Below, piece after piece: positions 47,137 through 56,706 of a stretch of 64,000 nt of DNA. Each line of letters starts with the position of its first letter. Within the stretch, counting starts at the first letter, position 1. Location of the stretch: the NCBI GenBank assembly GCA_000165345.1, contig CM000435.1, positions 1 through 64,000 of the forward strand. Direction: 5' to 3'. The notes beneath the pieces are model-generated. The model was not told where the DNA came from and ran no database searches. It was given only the letters and a program-made list of their open reading frames with translations. Made by a program: the position numbers and the translations under genes.

Positions 47137-48691
47137 ATGACATCTTTTAGTACTTCTCTTCAAGACTGTGAGAATGAGACTCTCTTAAACTTAAATCATT
47201 CTTTTGAAATAATTATGGATTGCAAATTTAATGAGAAGGATAACCTGCTCTATACTTCTCATGTTGACGGTAAAATCTTCGGGTATGTTTCCAAATAATG
47301 AACAAGAACACAATCTGAGATAATTAACTTTACTATTTTAGGTTTGAATTTGACTTTCATGAAAATAAACTTAATTCCGCATCAAAATTGTTTGGAAAAA
47401 AAGGATCCTGTAGAAATGTTGAATTTATGAATGGTAAGTTTAAATTTTTTATTTAAAATATAATTAAACGAGAATTAGATAATATTGTTGCAACATACAA
47501 TACTGGAGAAACTATTCTATTGGACAAATCAGGGAAAGCTATTTGGAGAACCTCGAAAAGGTAAGTAATATTAATAAACATTTTAATTTTCATAACACTT
47601 TTTAGTGGAGTTGGGATTAATGCAGTTGCTTGTTTAAGTAATAATGTTATTGCCACAGGGAATGATGAGGGATTCATTGAGGTACGACTTTCTTATAATT
47701 TTAGTATAATAAATTACTTACATGATTATTTAGATGTGGGATGTTAGAGATAAAAGTAACAAATCATTTTCAAAGTTTAGAGATTACGAAGACTGTATTA
47801 ATGGTTAGTTAATACAAAAAAAAAATGAAAAATAAGATATTGATTTTTTAAAAAAATTAATCCTAGATATTTATAATATTGAAGAAAAAAACTCTTTAAT
47901 TATTATTTCTGGTGATACTTTGGGTGTATATGACACTAAAAGTATCACCAGTAAGAAAAACAAAGATCATCTTCTTTCATTGTCTGATCCTCAGGAAGAA
48001 AATATATTATGTTCCAAAGCTATTCGCGTAAGTTCAGATAATTCATATTGTTTTCATTTTTTAAAAAAGCATCAACCAATAAATTATTTCAGAACAATTC
48101 AAAAATTGTATGTGGAACGGATGAAGGAAATCTATTATTTTTTTCTTGGGATAACTTTGGAGATTGCACTGATCGTATGTTAATCCCATTTGTTGATGGG
48201 TTTGAAAATGATAACAGTGTAGAACATATACAAATATATCAAGACCAGTTTGCCATTATTTCAACTAGTGATGGAATATTAAAAGTAGTTGAATTCTTTC
48301 CAAACGAGATACTCGGTAAGTTTTAGAATTCCTCAACGATTGAAGGTTCGAGAAAGACTATCTGAACTTTTTTTGTTTACATCTTAAATTTATTCCATTT
48401 ATTTTAGGTACACTCACATTAAATTCTCGAAGTAAATCAGAAAATATTAATATTGAATGCTCAAAAACAACAATTTCAAATTCAAATAATTTCATCAGTA
48501 AGTTATAAATATCTTCAAATCAATTTTTTCTTTTATCGCATCTTTTAGTTCATTCTCATGGAGTTAATCTTGATTTCTATAATTTAAGTATGGTTGATGA
48601 CATAATTACCAAAGGTTCATCTTCCAACACTTCAAGTAAAAAAAAGAGAAAAAAGTCAACAATTCACAATGATTTCTTCCAGGACCTTTAG
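47137..48691 (+). CDS. WD40-repeat protein (WDR55-like), 9 exons: join(47137..47282, 47342..47433, 47479..47560, 47606..47681, 47734..47803, 47867..48027, 48093..48315, 48408..48497, 48549..48691)
   Basis: Eight GT..AG introns (45-92 nt) with consistent phases give a 360-aa ORF; WD signatures (GNDEGFIEVWDVR, SGDTLGVYD, CGTDEGNLLFFSW); TTTGGCGCCA 47 bp upstream. Confidence 0.65.
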
Positions 48692-48786
48692 TTTAAAATA
48701 TATTTAATTTATATTTTTTCATTCATAAATTTGTAATCTTATTCCCGAAATTTCTTTTCAAAAATAAATACTATTTGTTTATTTAT

Positions 48787-49227
48787 TTACTCATGAATGA
48801 GCTCTTCTGGTGATTCTTCTAAATATCTCATTCCCTTACTATAAGTTACTGGAACATAAACATTAGGTTCAGATTTTGTAACTGGCACATACATTTGTGG
48901 TGGGGAAGGGTTTCCTTTTGCATAGCCAACTGGAACATATCTCATTTGCTGTTTTTGAGGTACTACATAGGTGCTTTTTTCTGGAACTGTATACATTACT
49001 TTCTTATAGCTCTTTGCTGGTACATATTGTACCTTTTGCATATATACTGGCTCATATACAGTGTTATATTGGCCTTTTCCATACAATCTTCTTAGGTTAG
49101 TTTCCTCATTTGGAATGCTTGTTTCATTTATTGAATTTTCGATCGAAATATTTTCTCTTTCCTCACAACTTATTAATCCAATAAGTAAACCAACAATAAT
49201 AAATATTAACCTCATATTTCCTATCAT
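48787..49227 (-). CDS. Small secreted protein with (Y/M)YVPV tetrapeptide-type repeats
   Basis: Signal peptide MRLIFIIVGLLIGLISC; repeats YVPAKSY/YVVPQK/YVPVGY/YVPVTK/YVPVTY. Confidence 0.6.
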   Translation of the reverse strand: MIGNMRLIFIIVGLLIGLISCEERENISIENSINETSIPNEETNLRRLYGKGQYNTVYEPVYMQKVQYVPAKSYKKVMYTVPEKSTYVVPQKQQMRYVPVGYAKGNPSPPQMYVPVTKSEPNVYVPVTYSKGMRYLEESPEELIHE

Positions 49228-49612
49228 TTCTTATTAAATTTGAAAAAAAAAATCAATATTTTATTCTTACAAAGTTATAATTGAAAAATCTTAATTATTC
49301 TCAGAATTACCATCCATGCAAATCATGTAATAGTGCCACAATAATCATTACGTAATTAATATTTTTTTTGACACGTGGCATCCACATAAAATTGCATGTA
49401 TAACACATTTGCATGTATTTAAAAGAATTACATGCAAGTTAGTATTGGAATTTAGGAATAAAAAAATCAATAAATAAACAGAATAAGATTTTATTGAATT
49501 AAAATAGCATATTGGAATTAACAGATTATTAATTATTGCTTAAATTGCAATTTTGTAATAGAACTTATTAATAATCTTTAAAAATAGAGCTTTAACGATA
49601 ATAGTAAAACAA

Positions 49613-50949
49613 TCATTTTTGTAGATTTTTACAAACTTTTTCGATAGAGGAGCTCAGATTTGTGAATGATAGCTTGCAAGCTTCTAAAGTCTTTTCAATT
49701 TCAATTTGTTGCGATTCCATAACTAAAGGAAAAATTGATGTTAAAAATTCATGATATAATTTATTCGAAAACGCTTTAACCTTACCTGTGAGCCTTGAAT
49801 TAATTGTAGAGACATCCTGATGTAAAACTTTCAAAAGTTTTAGTCTTTCCAATACAAATGGTAGTGCTGCGCCGGTACATTTCCATTTCTGAATGATATC
49901 ATAAAGTTTGGTAATTTGTGTAGAGTCAGTTTCATTAAACAAAGAATCATTAAGGTCCTTTCTCTTCTTGTTAAGTTGTTCAATCGATGTGGATAATGCC
50001 TAAAAGAACATAATTTATTAAATTAAATTATGAATAAATTCGTTCGCTTCTTTGATTATTAAGATCAAAACCTACCTGCACTCTTCTAAAAATTCCTTCT
50101 AGTCTATTTGTATCCAGGAGTGAAAGTCTTTGAGAAATGTTGTGTATTGCACTTTGAATATCAGAATATGGCATTTCCGAAAGCCGGTCGACACCTATTC
50201 TTGACTCTACTTCATAAACCCTTCTCTCCAGCTCTAACAGATTTTTCAAATCAAGAATGCTTTCCGAATTATCTTTCATGCATTCAATAGATATCTCTAT
50301 TTCCTGTTCTTTATCTTCAACTCCCTCTCCTGAGGTGCTTTTACCTACACTATTTATATACTGAAAAAATTTGTGTTTTTTGCTTTGATCATCAAATTAA
50401 ACTTACGTTTGAAAGCTCATCAAGTAAATCTTTTGTTGTAAAACTTTGCTGTTTTAGTGTATCTAAGGAACTCATTGAGTTCTCTAATGACTTTTGTTTA
50501 TCAATCAGACTATTTAAGTTGTTCTTAATATCTTCAATATCGGATAATAGCGATGTTGAGTCATTCAAAAGTGCAACATTAAAACTTTTGCTCAATTCAT
50601 GTTCCCCCTTCTTAATGGTCTCATAAGCTTTTACAGTATTTTCTATTTCAGAAATCTCAGATTTTATACGAACCAATGAACCATTCACATCTTCACTGCT
50701 CAGTGTAGTTCCCTTTAATCTATTTAATTTAATATTCTCATCAGTAGATAAAGCTTTAATTAATTTTAAATAGTCTGTTTTCACTAATTCCCCATTAATC
50801 ATCTGTTCATTGCTTTGTACTATTCTTCTATATGATTTCAATACGGAAGAATTATCATTTGAAAGAGAATTTTCATCGTTTTGAGACTCTTGCTCGTTCC
50901 TATTCTCCGGATCATATTCAAATACGGTATCCTCTGTGCCCCTTATCAT
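49613..50949 (-). CDS. Coiled-coil protein, possibly dynactin subunit 2 (dynamitin/p50)-like, 3 exons: join(50407..50949, 50076..50360, 49613..49999)
   Basis: GTAAGT(50406)..TTTTTTCAG(50361) and GTAGGT(50075)..TTCTTTTAG(50000) keep three listed ORFs in frame (~404 aa, size and heptad character of dynamitin; N-term TVFEYDPE resembles p50). Confidence 0.55.
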
Positions 50950-51251
50950 TTTGTGTGCAGCAATTATAGATCAAATTATAGACAAATCCTTTAATCAAAA
51001 GCTCAAAATAACTATTTCAAACAATCATCTGCCTTCCAAGAACTGTTTTGATTTAATCTTTATTTATTCCTCTTATTTCTTTGCCCCTATTATGCAATTT
51101 TTTCCCTAAATAAAAATCAAAACAAAAAAAAAAATAAATCCAATTTCCCGCCCAAAATTATAATTACGTTCAAGCCTTTCCAATTTAATATAAAGCTAAA
51201 TTTGTTTGTTCAAAAGTGAAGCTGTGATGTAAAATATTTTATTCTCTGGAA

Positions 51252-52310
51252 ATGCTTCTAAGAGTTTTGTTTCTCGTTGTTTTCCTTACTTGCTTATACG
51301 ATCTTAGGGTTTTTTCTGCTCATCCATATAAGTCTATCGTAATTCACGAGGTGGAAGAGTCCGTCATTGAAGAGCAAATTAGAGCAGCGAATCGTATTGC
51401 TTCCGTTTCTACAGACTCAGTCTCGCTACCAAGTAAACTGTCTGCATATAATTACTGCAAAACTCTCTCTAAACTGGTAGGATCAAAGTATCACTGGGGA
51501 GATGTTTCTTATACTTGGCAAAAAAGATTTAGAAGATTTGGCTACTGGGTTTGCTTTAGAGATTGTGGAGGAGGGGGGGACTGTCTTTATAATTCAATTA
51601 TATCATCTTTGAATCTTAGTAATACTAGCGTTTCTATGCTTAGAAGGCTAGTTGCAGATCAATTTGTGGGTATTAACACTACATCATTATATAGTTCCGA
51701 TGGAAATACAAAAACTTCGAATATTGAGAATATAATTGATGCAAGTGGAGAAATTTTAAATACCTTAAATTATAATAATACTGCTCATCCCAACTCTAAT
51801 TCGAATTCCAACTATACAGATCTTTTAAGTAATTGGAACGAAACTACTTACTTAGAGAGAATGGAAGTTCTTGCTACAACAGAAGCATTTGGTGACTGGA
51901 AAGATCTATGGTCTCCTTCAAGCATACTAAATAGCAATTTTCAGTATGGAACAGATATATCCACAAACATTAAAAAAGCACTTTTGGTACACAAATTTTT
52001 GTCCAAACCAGGAAATACCCATTGGGGAGCCCAATGGGATGTAAACTATATAGAGAAAATCTATAATGTCAAAGTTATAATACTATGGAAGAATAGAGGA
52101 ATCTTTTACCCTACACTTGGAGATCAAGTGGATTTCACAAAAATTGTTTTAATTTATTACGATGATGCTATAGGGCACTTTCAAGTAATTGGACTTAAAA
52201 AAATGAACTCACCTCCTAAATCTGACTTAATTTCAGTGTTCAGTAAGGAAAAAATCCCTACTTCACTCAAAAAATTATATAAAGATGATACAAACAACGA
52301 TTTAGACTAA
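51252..52310 (+). CDS. OTU-like cysteine protease (putative deubiquitinase) with N-terminal signal peptide
   Basis: FRDCGGGGDCLYNSI (OTU Cys-box, cf. DGNCLF) ... DDAIGHFQVIG (His-box); N-terminus MLLRVLFLVVFLTCLYDLRVFSA hydrophobic. Confidence 0.55.
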   Translation: MLLRVLFLVVFLTCLYDLRVFSAHPYKSIVIHEVEESVIEEQIRAANRIASVSTDSVSLPSKLSAYNYCKTLSKLVGSKYHWGDVSYTWQKRFRRFGYWVCFRDCGGGGDCLYNSIISSLNLSNTSVSMLRRLVADQFVGINTTSLYSSDGNTKTSNIENIIDASGEILNTLNYNNTAHPNSNSNSNYTDLLSNWNETTYLERMEVLATTEAFGDWKDLWSPSSILNSNFQYGTDISTNIKKALLVHKFLSKPGNTHWGAQWDVNYIEKIYNVKVIILWKNRGIFYPTLGDQVDFTKIVLIYYDDAIGHFQVIGLKKMNSPPKSDLISVFSKEKIPTSLKKLYKDDTNNDLD

Positions 52311-52331
52311 TTATTTAGCTTACCTAAGAAA

Positions 52332-53330
52332 TTAATGTTTAGTACTAAGCAATGTGATTTCAAAAACTAAGTCGGCATTCTTGGGTATTACAGGAGGACA
52401 TCCTCTTGCACCATATCCTAGTTTTGAAGGAATGAATACTCTTCTAGTTTCTGTTACTATCATTCCCTTAACTCCCTGATCAAATCCAGGAACTACCTGT
52501 CCGCTTCCAATAGTAAATGAAAGATTTCCACTATCAAACTTTTTGCCGGTTTTTGCTAATCTACCTTCATATTTAACATTAACTTTGCTTCCTACTAGAG
52601 CAATCTGAGGAATATCTGATTTCACATTCTTTGAAATAGATAAAACTTCATATTTCAATCCATTTGGAAACTCTTTCTTGAATCCTGGAGAAATAATATC
52701 ATTCTGAACGTTCTTTATGTCTTTTGTCAAAGCAGAAGCTTTTTTTTTATCTTCAGCCTTTACTTTTTCTATTGTTTTGATAACTTTTTTCCCACCTTTC
52801 TGTGGCTCTTTCTCTGAAGCTGTTGATAATGAATCAGACTCTGATTCTGAATCGAAATTTTTCATTTCAATATCCTCTACTTGCTTCTCTGATTCATCAC
52901 CTTCAAGTGAAGAAATTTCAGATTCTTCATCATCAGAATGGTTAGCTTCACAGCATCCATCTTCACAACAGTCTTGCACTGGTAGATTTGCAATGCAATC
53001 AACTACACCACTTCCTTTACAGTACAATGTTGAGCCTGTCGGAAATTCTTGTTGATGAATACATGCATTTGGTTGAGACTTAGTTACTGTCGCTACGATT
53101 AAATCGTCCTGTGGATATCCCTGATCGGTTGGAAACTTGACATATACACTAACTTGAGTACCTTCTGTTAATGTAATATGTGACAAGGTTAAGCCAAATT
53201 CGCTGAACTCAAATTTATTATTGTTCTTTGAACCCTTTGTTGACAAAGTAAATCCGATTAACTTAAACATTTTACTTAATTTTCCTAGAAATTTCTCTAT
53301 CAGTTTATATAAACTTAACTCTAGGGCCAA
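52332..53330 (-). CDS. Nucleoplasmin-like FKBP-type peptidyl-prolyl cis-trans isomerase (Fpr3/FKBP39-type); likely start at Met21
   Basis: C-terminal FKBP domain VKYEGRL..GKKFDS...FTIGSGQVVPGFDQGVKGM..GETRRVFIPSKLGYG; acidic Ser/Glu/Asp linker; N-terminal NPL-like beta region. Confidence 0.85.
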   Translation of the reverse strand: MALELSLYKLIEKFLGKLSKMFKLIGFTLSTKGSKNNNKFEFSEFGLTLSHITLTEGTQVSVYVKFPTDQGYPQDDLIVATVTKSQPNACIHQQEFPTGSTLYCKGSGVVDCIANLPVQDCCEDGCCEANHSDDEESEISSLEGDESEKQVEDIEMKNFDSESESDSLSTASEKEPQKGGKKVIKTIEKVKAEDKKKASALTKDIKNVQNDIISPGFKKEFPNGLKYEVLSISKNVKSDIPQIALVGSKVNVKYEGRLAKTGKKFDSGNLSFTIGSGQVVPGFDQGVKGMIVTETRRVFIPSKLGYGARGCPPVIPKNADLVFEITLLSTKH

Positions 53331-53703
53331 ACTTGACTATAAATAAATACGTGGCGCCAAACCTCCGATATATGGACTATTCGGCCAGGTGAGAGAACGG
53401 CAAAAATAAAAAGATATTTGAAAAAAATATGCAAAATAGAATAGTACAACGATAGTTAACAGTTAGACTATTAGACATTCAATCTTGCACTTTATAAGAG
53501 GATTAAAACTTTCAAACACCGTGCAATCTACCTACTAGAATAAGCCTTATTAGAGCTAAATTCAGCGATTTCTTTCGTACGTAAATCTCGATAATAAACA
53601 ACAATATTAGATTACCTGGTATATTGACCAAATAGCAAAGAAATTTGAGCTCCAAAATGTACCTTTTGGAGAATGTTGACTTTAAAAAGAACCTTTTATT
53701 TAT

Positions 53704-54342
53704 TTAAAGGTCTTCGTCATCATCTTCAATTGGTGCATTTGCTGCCTCACTTAATTCTCTCTCAGCTTGAGCAACGAGAGTTGGGTCAATATTAACTTCC
53801 GGAGCTTTTGCATGCTGACCAACCAATTGCAAAGCTGGCTGATTTGTCAATCTTCTTGCCAACCACAAGAATGGTTTCTCAAAGTTGTAGTTACTTCTTG
53901 CAGAAATATCGTAATACTGGAGGTTACGCTTTCTATGATATTGAATTTGTCTTGCCTTAACCTGTCTATCCTTAACGTCAACTTTGTTTCCAACCAAAAC
54001 GATTGGAATGTTTTCGCAGACGCGAACAATATCTCTGTGCCAATTTGGAACATTCTTGTATGTAATTCTGGAAGTAACGTCGAACATAATAATAGCACAT
54101 TGCCCCTTTATATAATAACCATCTCTGAGCCCACCAAATTTCTCCTGGCCTGCAGTATCCCAAACATTGAAGATTAATGGACCAAAATCTGTGTTAAACT
54201 TCAATGGATGTACTTCAACGCCAATAGTAGGAATATATTTCTTTTCAAACTCTCCAGTTAAGTGGCGTTTTACAAGTGTAGTTTTACCAACGCCTCCATC
54301 ACCAACCAATGCAAGCTTGAATTCTGGTGCTTGAGCTGCCAT
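53704..54342 (-). CDS. RAN: GTP-binding nuclear protein Ran
   Basis: [39 protein letters not shown]...[18 protein letters not shown]...[10 protein letters not shown]... C-terminal DEDDDL; full-length 212 aa. Confidence 0.95.
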   Translation of the reverse strand: MAAQAPEFKLALVGDGGVGKTTLVKRHLTGEFEKKYIPTIGVEVHPLKFNTDFGPLIFNVWDTAGQEKFGGLRDGYYIKGQCAIIMFDVTSRITYKNVPNWHRDIVRVCENIPIVLVGNKVDVKDRQVKARQIQYHRKRNLQYYDISARSNYNFEKPFLWLARRLTNQPALQLVGQHAKAPEVNIDPTLVAQAERELSEAANAPIEDDDEDL

Positions 54343-54663
54343 TTTCCTAAAATATTAGTAATCCCTGTTTAAAAATTTTCGCCAATAATAGATTACTCTA
54401 GGACTGCGTATTATTACCTTTATTAGGCCTCAAGTAATATTCTGTCTTACACCCACATGATTAGGCGGCAAGTTATTATCATTTCTTGTACCGGCATTTT
54501 GGTACTGGGTCTCTTAGTAAAAAACAATAAAAGGTATGAAAGAATTAGGAAAAAGAGTAACTTAATGCGATTGAACAAATATAGGTTTAGATGTGTATAT
54601 AAGTCTACACTTGCACTCTAAACTGCAAGCCATAGTTCTATTCTTATTTAGTAGATTAATAGT

Positions 54664-55539
54664 TCATTGCCCCAAGAGACATGCTCTGATTTCGTCTGCT
54701 CTTTTAGAGGCAACATCAATAAGTTGGCTCAGGTTGCTTTTTAACTTTCCTGGAGTGTATTTGCTAATGCATTGGGTCTGCAAAGTGTTGATTTGGTTAT
54801 CAACGCAGCAAATAGTAACGCTGCTTCCTATCGAGTCCTCCATGTAGTTTGGATCGCAAACCCATATGCTATCATTAAGGTATGAAAAGGAAACAAATAT
54901 TGGAACTTTTTTTAGAAAGAAACTTGAACTATCTTGCATCATTTGTTCTCTTTTAACTTCATCTTTAGAAATCGGATCAGAGGAAATCCTGAACCAATTG
55001 TAGTCGTCATCCCAAACCAAGTTCTTAGGTAAAATAGTGTTACGAAGGGATGCAATCGATGCAATTAGTGTATAATCCAATGGGTTTCCATCGTAAGATA
55101 GGCAAACCACTTTAATGTCAATCAACCAGTGTAACTCTTTACCCTGGAATTTTGTTATGAATGCTTCCTTGTTAATAATGCGCGAGTCATTCAAACACTC
55201 TGTGATGGAATTGGAAACAAAGTTGGAATGATTAGGGTTGCCTGTAAATCCACATATGGTTGGAAGTTCTAAGGAAACATTTATTCTTGTATTTGTTATG
55301 GCATTATTTGATTCTTGATCAAGGCCTGTATGAATTATCTGGGGGCTACAGCAGGCAATATAGGATGAGTTCCCTATTCTGACAGAGACAGCTCCATAAT
55401 TGCTAGAACTTAGCTCGTTCAATTCTAGCTTAAAATTCCTACAAACTTCAGGTTTCCTTCCGTCACACCTTACTCCTTGTTCCAAGAAGCGGTTCAAGTA
55501 CTCATCAGGTCTTAAATACCAAAGTGAACTCTTATTCAT
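54664..55539 (-). CDS. Exosome complex RNase PH-like subunit (Rrp43/Rrp45 group)
   Basis: RPDEY...RCDGRKPEVCRNFKLEL...NYGAVSVRIGNSSYIACC resembles RNase PH domain 1 of non-catalytic exosome ring subunits. Confidence 0.55.
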   Translation of the reverse strand: MNKSSLWYLRPDEYLNRFLEQGVRCDGRKPEVCRNFKLELNELSSSNYGAVSVRIGNSSYIACCSPQIIHTGLDQESNNAITNTRINVSLELPTICGFTGNPNHSNFVSNSITECLNDSRIINKEAFITKFQGKELHWLIDIKVVCLSYDGNPLDYTLIASIASLRNTILPKNLVWDDDYNWFRISSDPISKDEVKREQMMQDSSSFFLKKVPIFVSFSYLNDSIWVCDPNYMEDSIGSSVTICCVDNQINTLQTQCISKYTPGKLKSNLSQLIDVASKRADEIRACLLGQ

Positions 55540-55789
55540 TATAAAACTGTCATTACAACATTAAATCCAAACATATATCGTTCTCTTTTTAATTCTCCAT
55601 TAAATATGTTTCTCGACATCAAATACTTAGTATGGCTTAGGCGCCAAAAATAAGAGGATGACACCTAATCTGCATGTTTATAAAATTATGAAAAATTATT
55701 TAATTAATATTTAAGAATTTGTTATGTTAAAGCCACAAAAATTGTAATTACTCTTTGCTAAAACGCTTATTTAAGTGTCGTAGACTAAG

Positions 55790-56701
55790 ATGCAAAGCTC
55801 TAAAACTATTACTGATCAATTTGAAGAATTGATTAAGAAAGCAAAGACGTTGAATAAAACTCACCCAGTAGTTCAAGAAGAAAATGTGGACGATAAAAAT
55901 AAAAAGAATGAATTAAATTCTGCCAAACTTGAAATTTCAATGCTTCAGAAGCGTCATGAAATGTGTGTTGTACAAAAAAATGCTATTAAGGATCTAATCA
56001 ACCTCCATAAGGAAGAATTACAGCTTTTAGAAAGTGCCTTAAGAACAATTGAATCCGAGGAGAAGAAAGTACTTGAAATAATACTTAGGGAAACTCTTGA
56101 TGGTGATTCACTTACTAGAGCAACATCTGTGGAAATGGTTGAGCGTGATAATGACTCTGCATATACAAAATCCATCCTCCCATCTGAAGATTTATCTACA
56201 CAAACTACTTATGAGAATTTAGAACATGATGCTTCAAAAAGCTATACTAGCTCTAATAATAGAGATCCAGAGTACTCAAATGATGAGTATTCCTATAAAG
56301 ATGAGTTAGAAAGTGATGAATCTAATGATTATTCAGATAATACTTCAGAGCAAGAAGACTTTTCTTCAAGATATTCAACTAGTAGAGTAAATACAGAAAG
56401 AAAGGTCAGATTTTCGATTGACGACTTGGGGGTTAGCTCAGAAACTAAATCGAATAATGTATCAAAGTCCAACTCAAGTTATAGTGTTACAAATGCGGCA
56501 AGGCCTTCCAATTCAATTAGAACTACAATAAGTATTCCTCAAAGATATAATTATATTAGAAACAGAAATTCCAGTCTAATGAAAGAGATTTCAATTAAAA
56601 AGATATTGGAAGGTAACAGAAAGCTAGATATGGAAGAAAAAGATCAAGGCCAAAGAGAATTGGTGAGAAAGCTACATACATTATATTCATCTAAAAGATA
56701 G
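55790..56701 (+). CDS. Hypothetical coiled-coil / Ser-rich protein carrying an RVxF-type (KVRF) PP1-docking motif
   Basis: N-terminal heptad region (KNELNSAKLEISMLQKRHEM...LQLLESALRTIESEEKKVLEII); RKVRFSIDDL. Confidence 0.6.
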   Translation: MQSSKTITDQFEELIKKAKTLNKTHPVVQEENVDDKNKKNELNSAKLEISMLQKRHEMCVVQKNAIKDLINLHKEELQLLESALRTIESEEKKVLEIILRETLDGDSLTRATSVEMVERDNDSAYTKSILPSEDLSTQTTYENLEHDASKSYTSSNNRDPEYSNDEYSYKDELESDESNDYSDNTSEQEDFSSRYSTSRVNTERKVRFSIDDLGVSSETKSNNVSKSNSSYSVTNAARPSNSIRTTISIPQRYNYIRNRNSSLMKEISIKKILEGNRKLDMEEKDQGQRELVRKLHTLYSSKR

Positions 56702-56706
56702 AAAAA

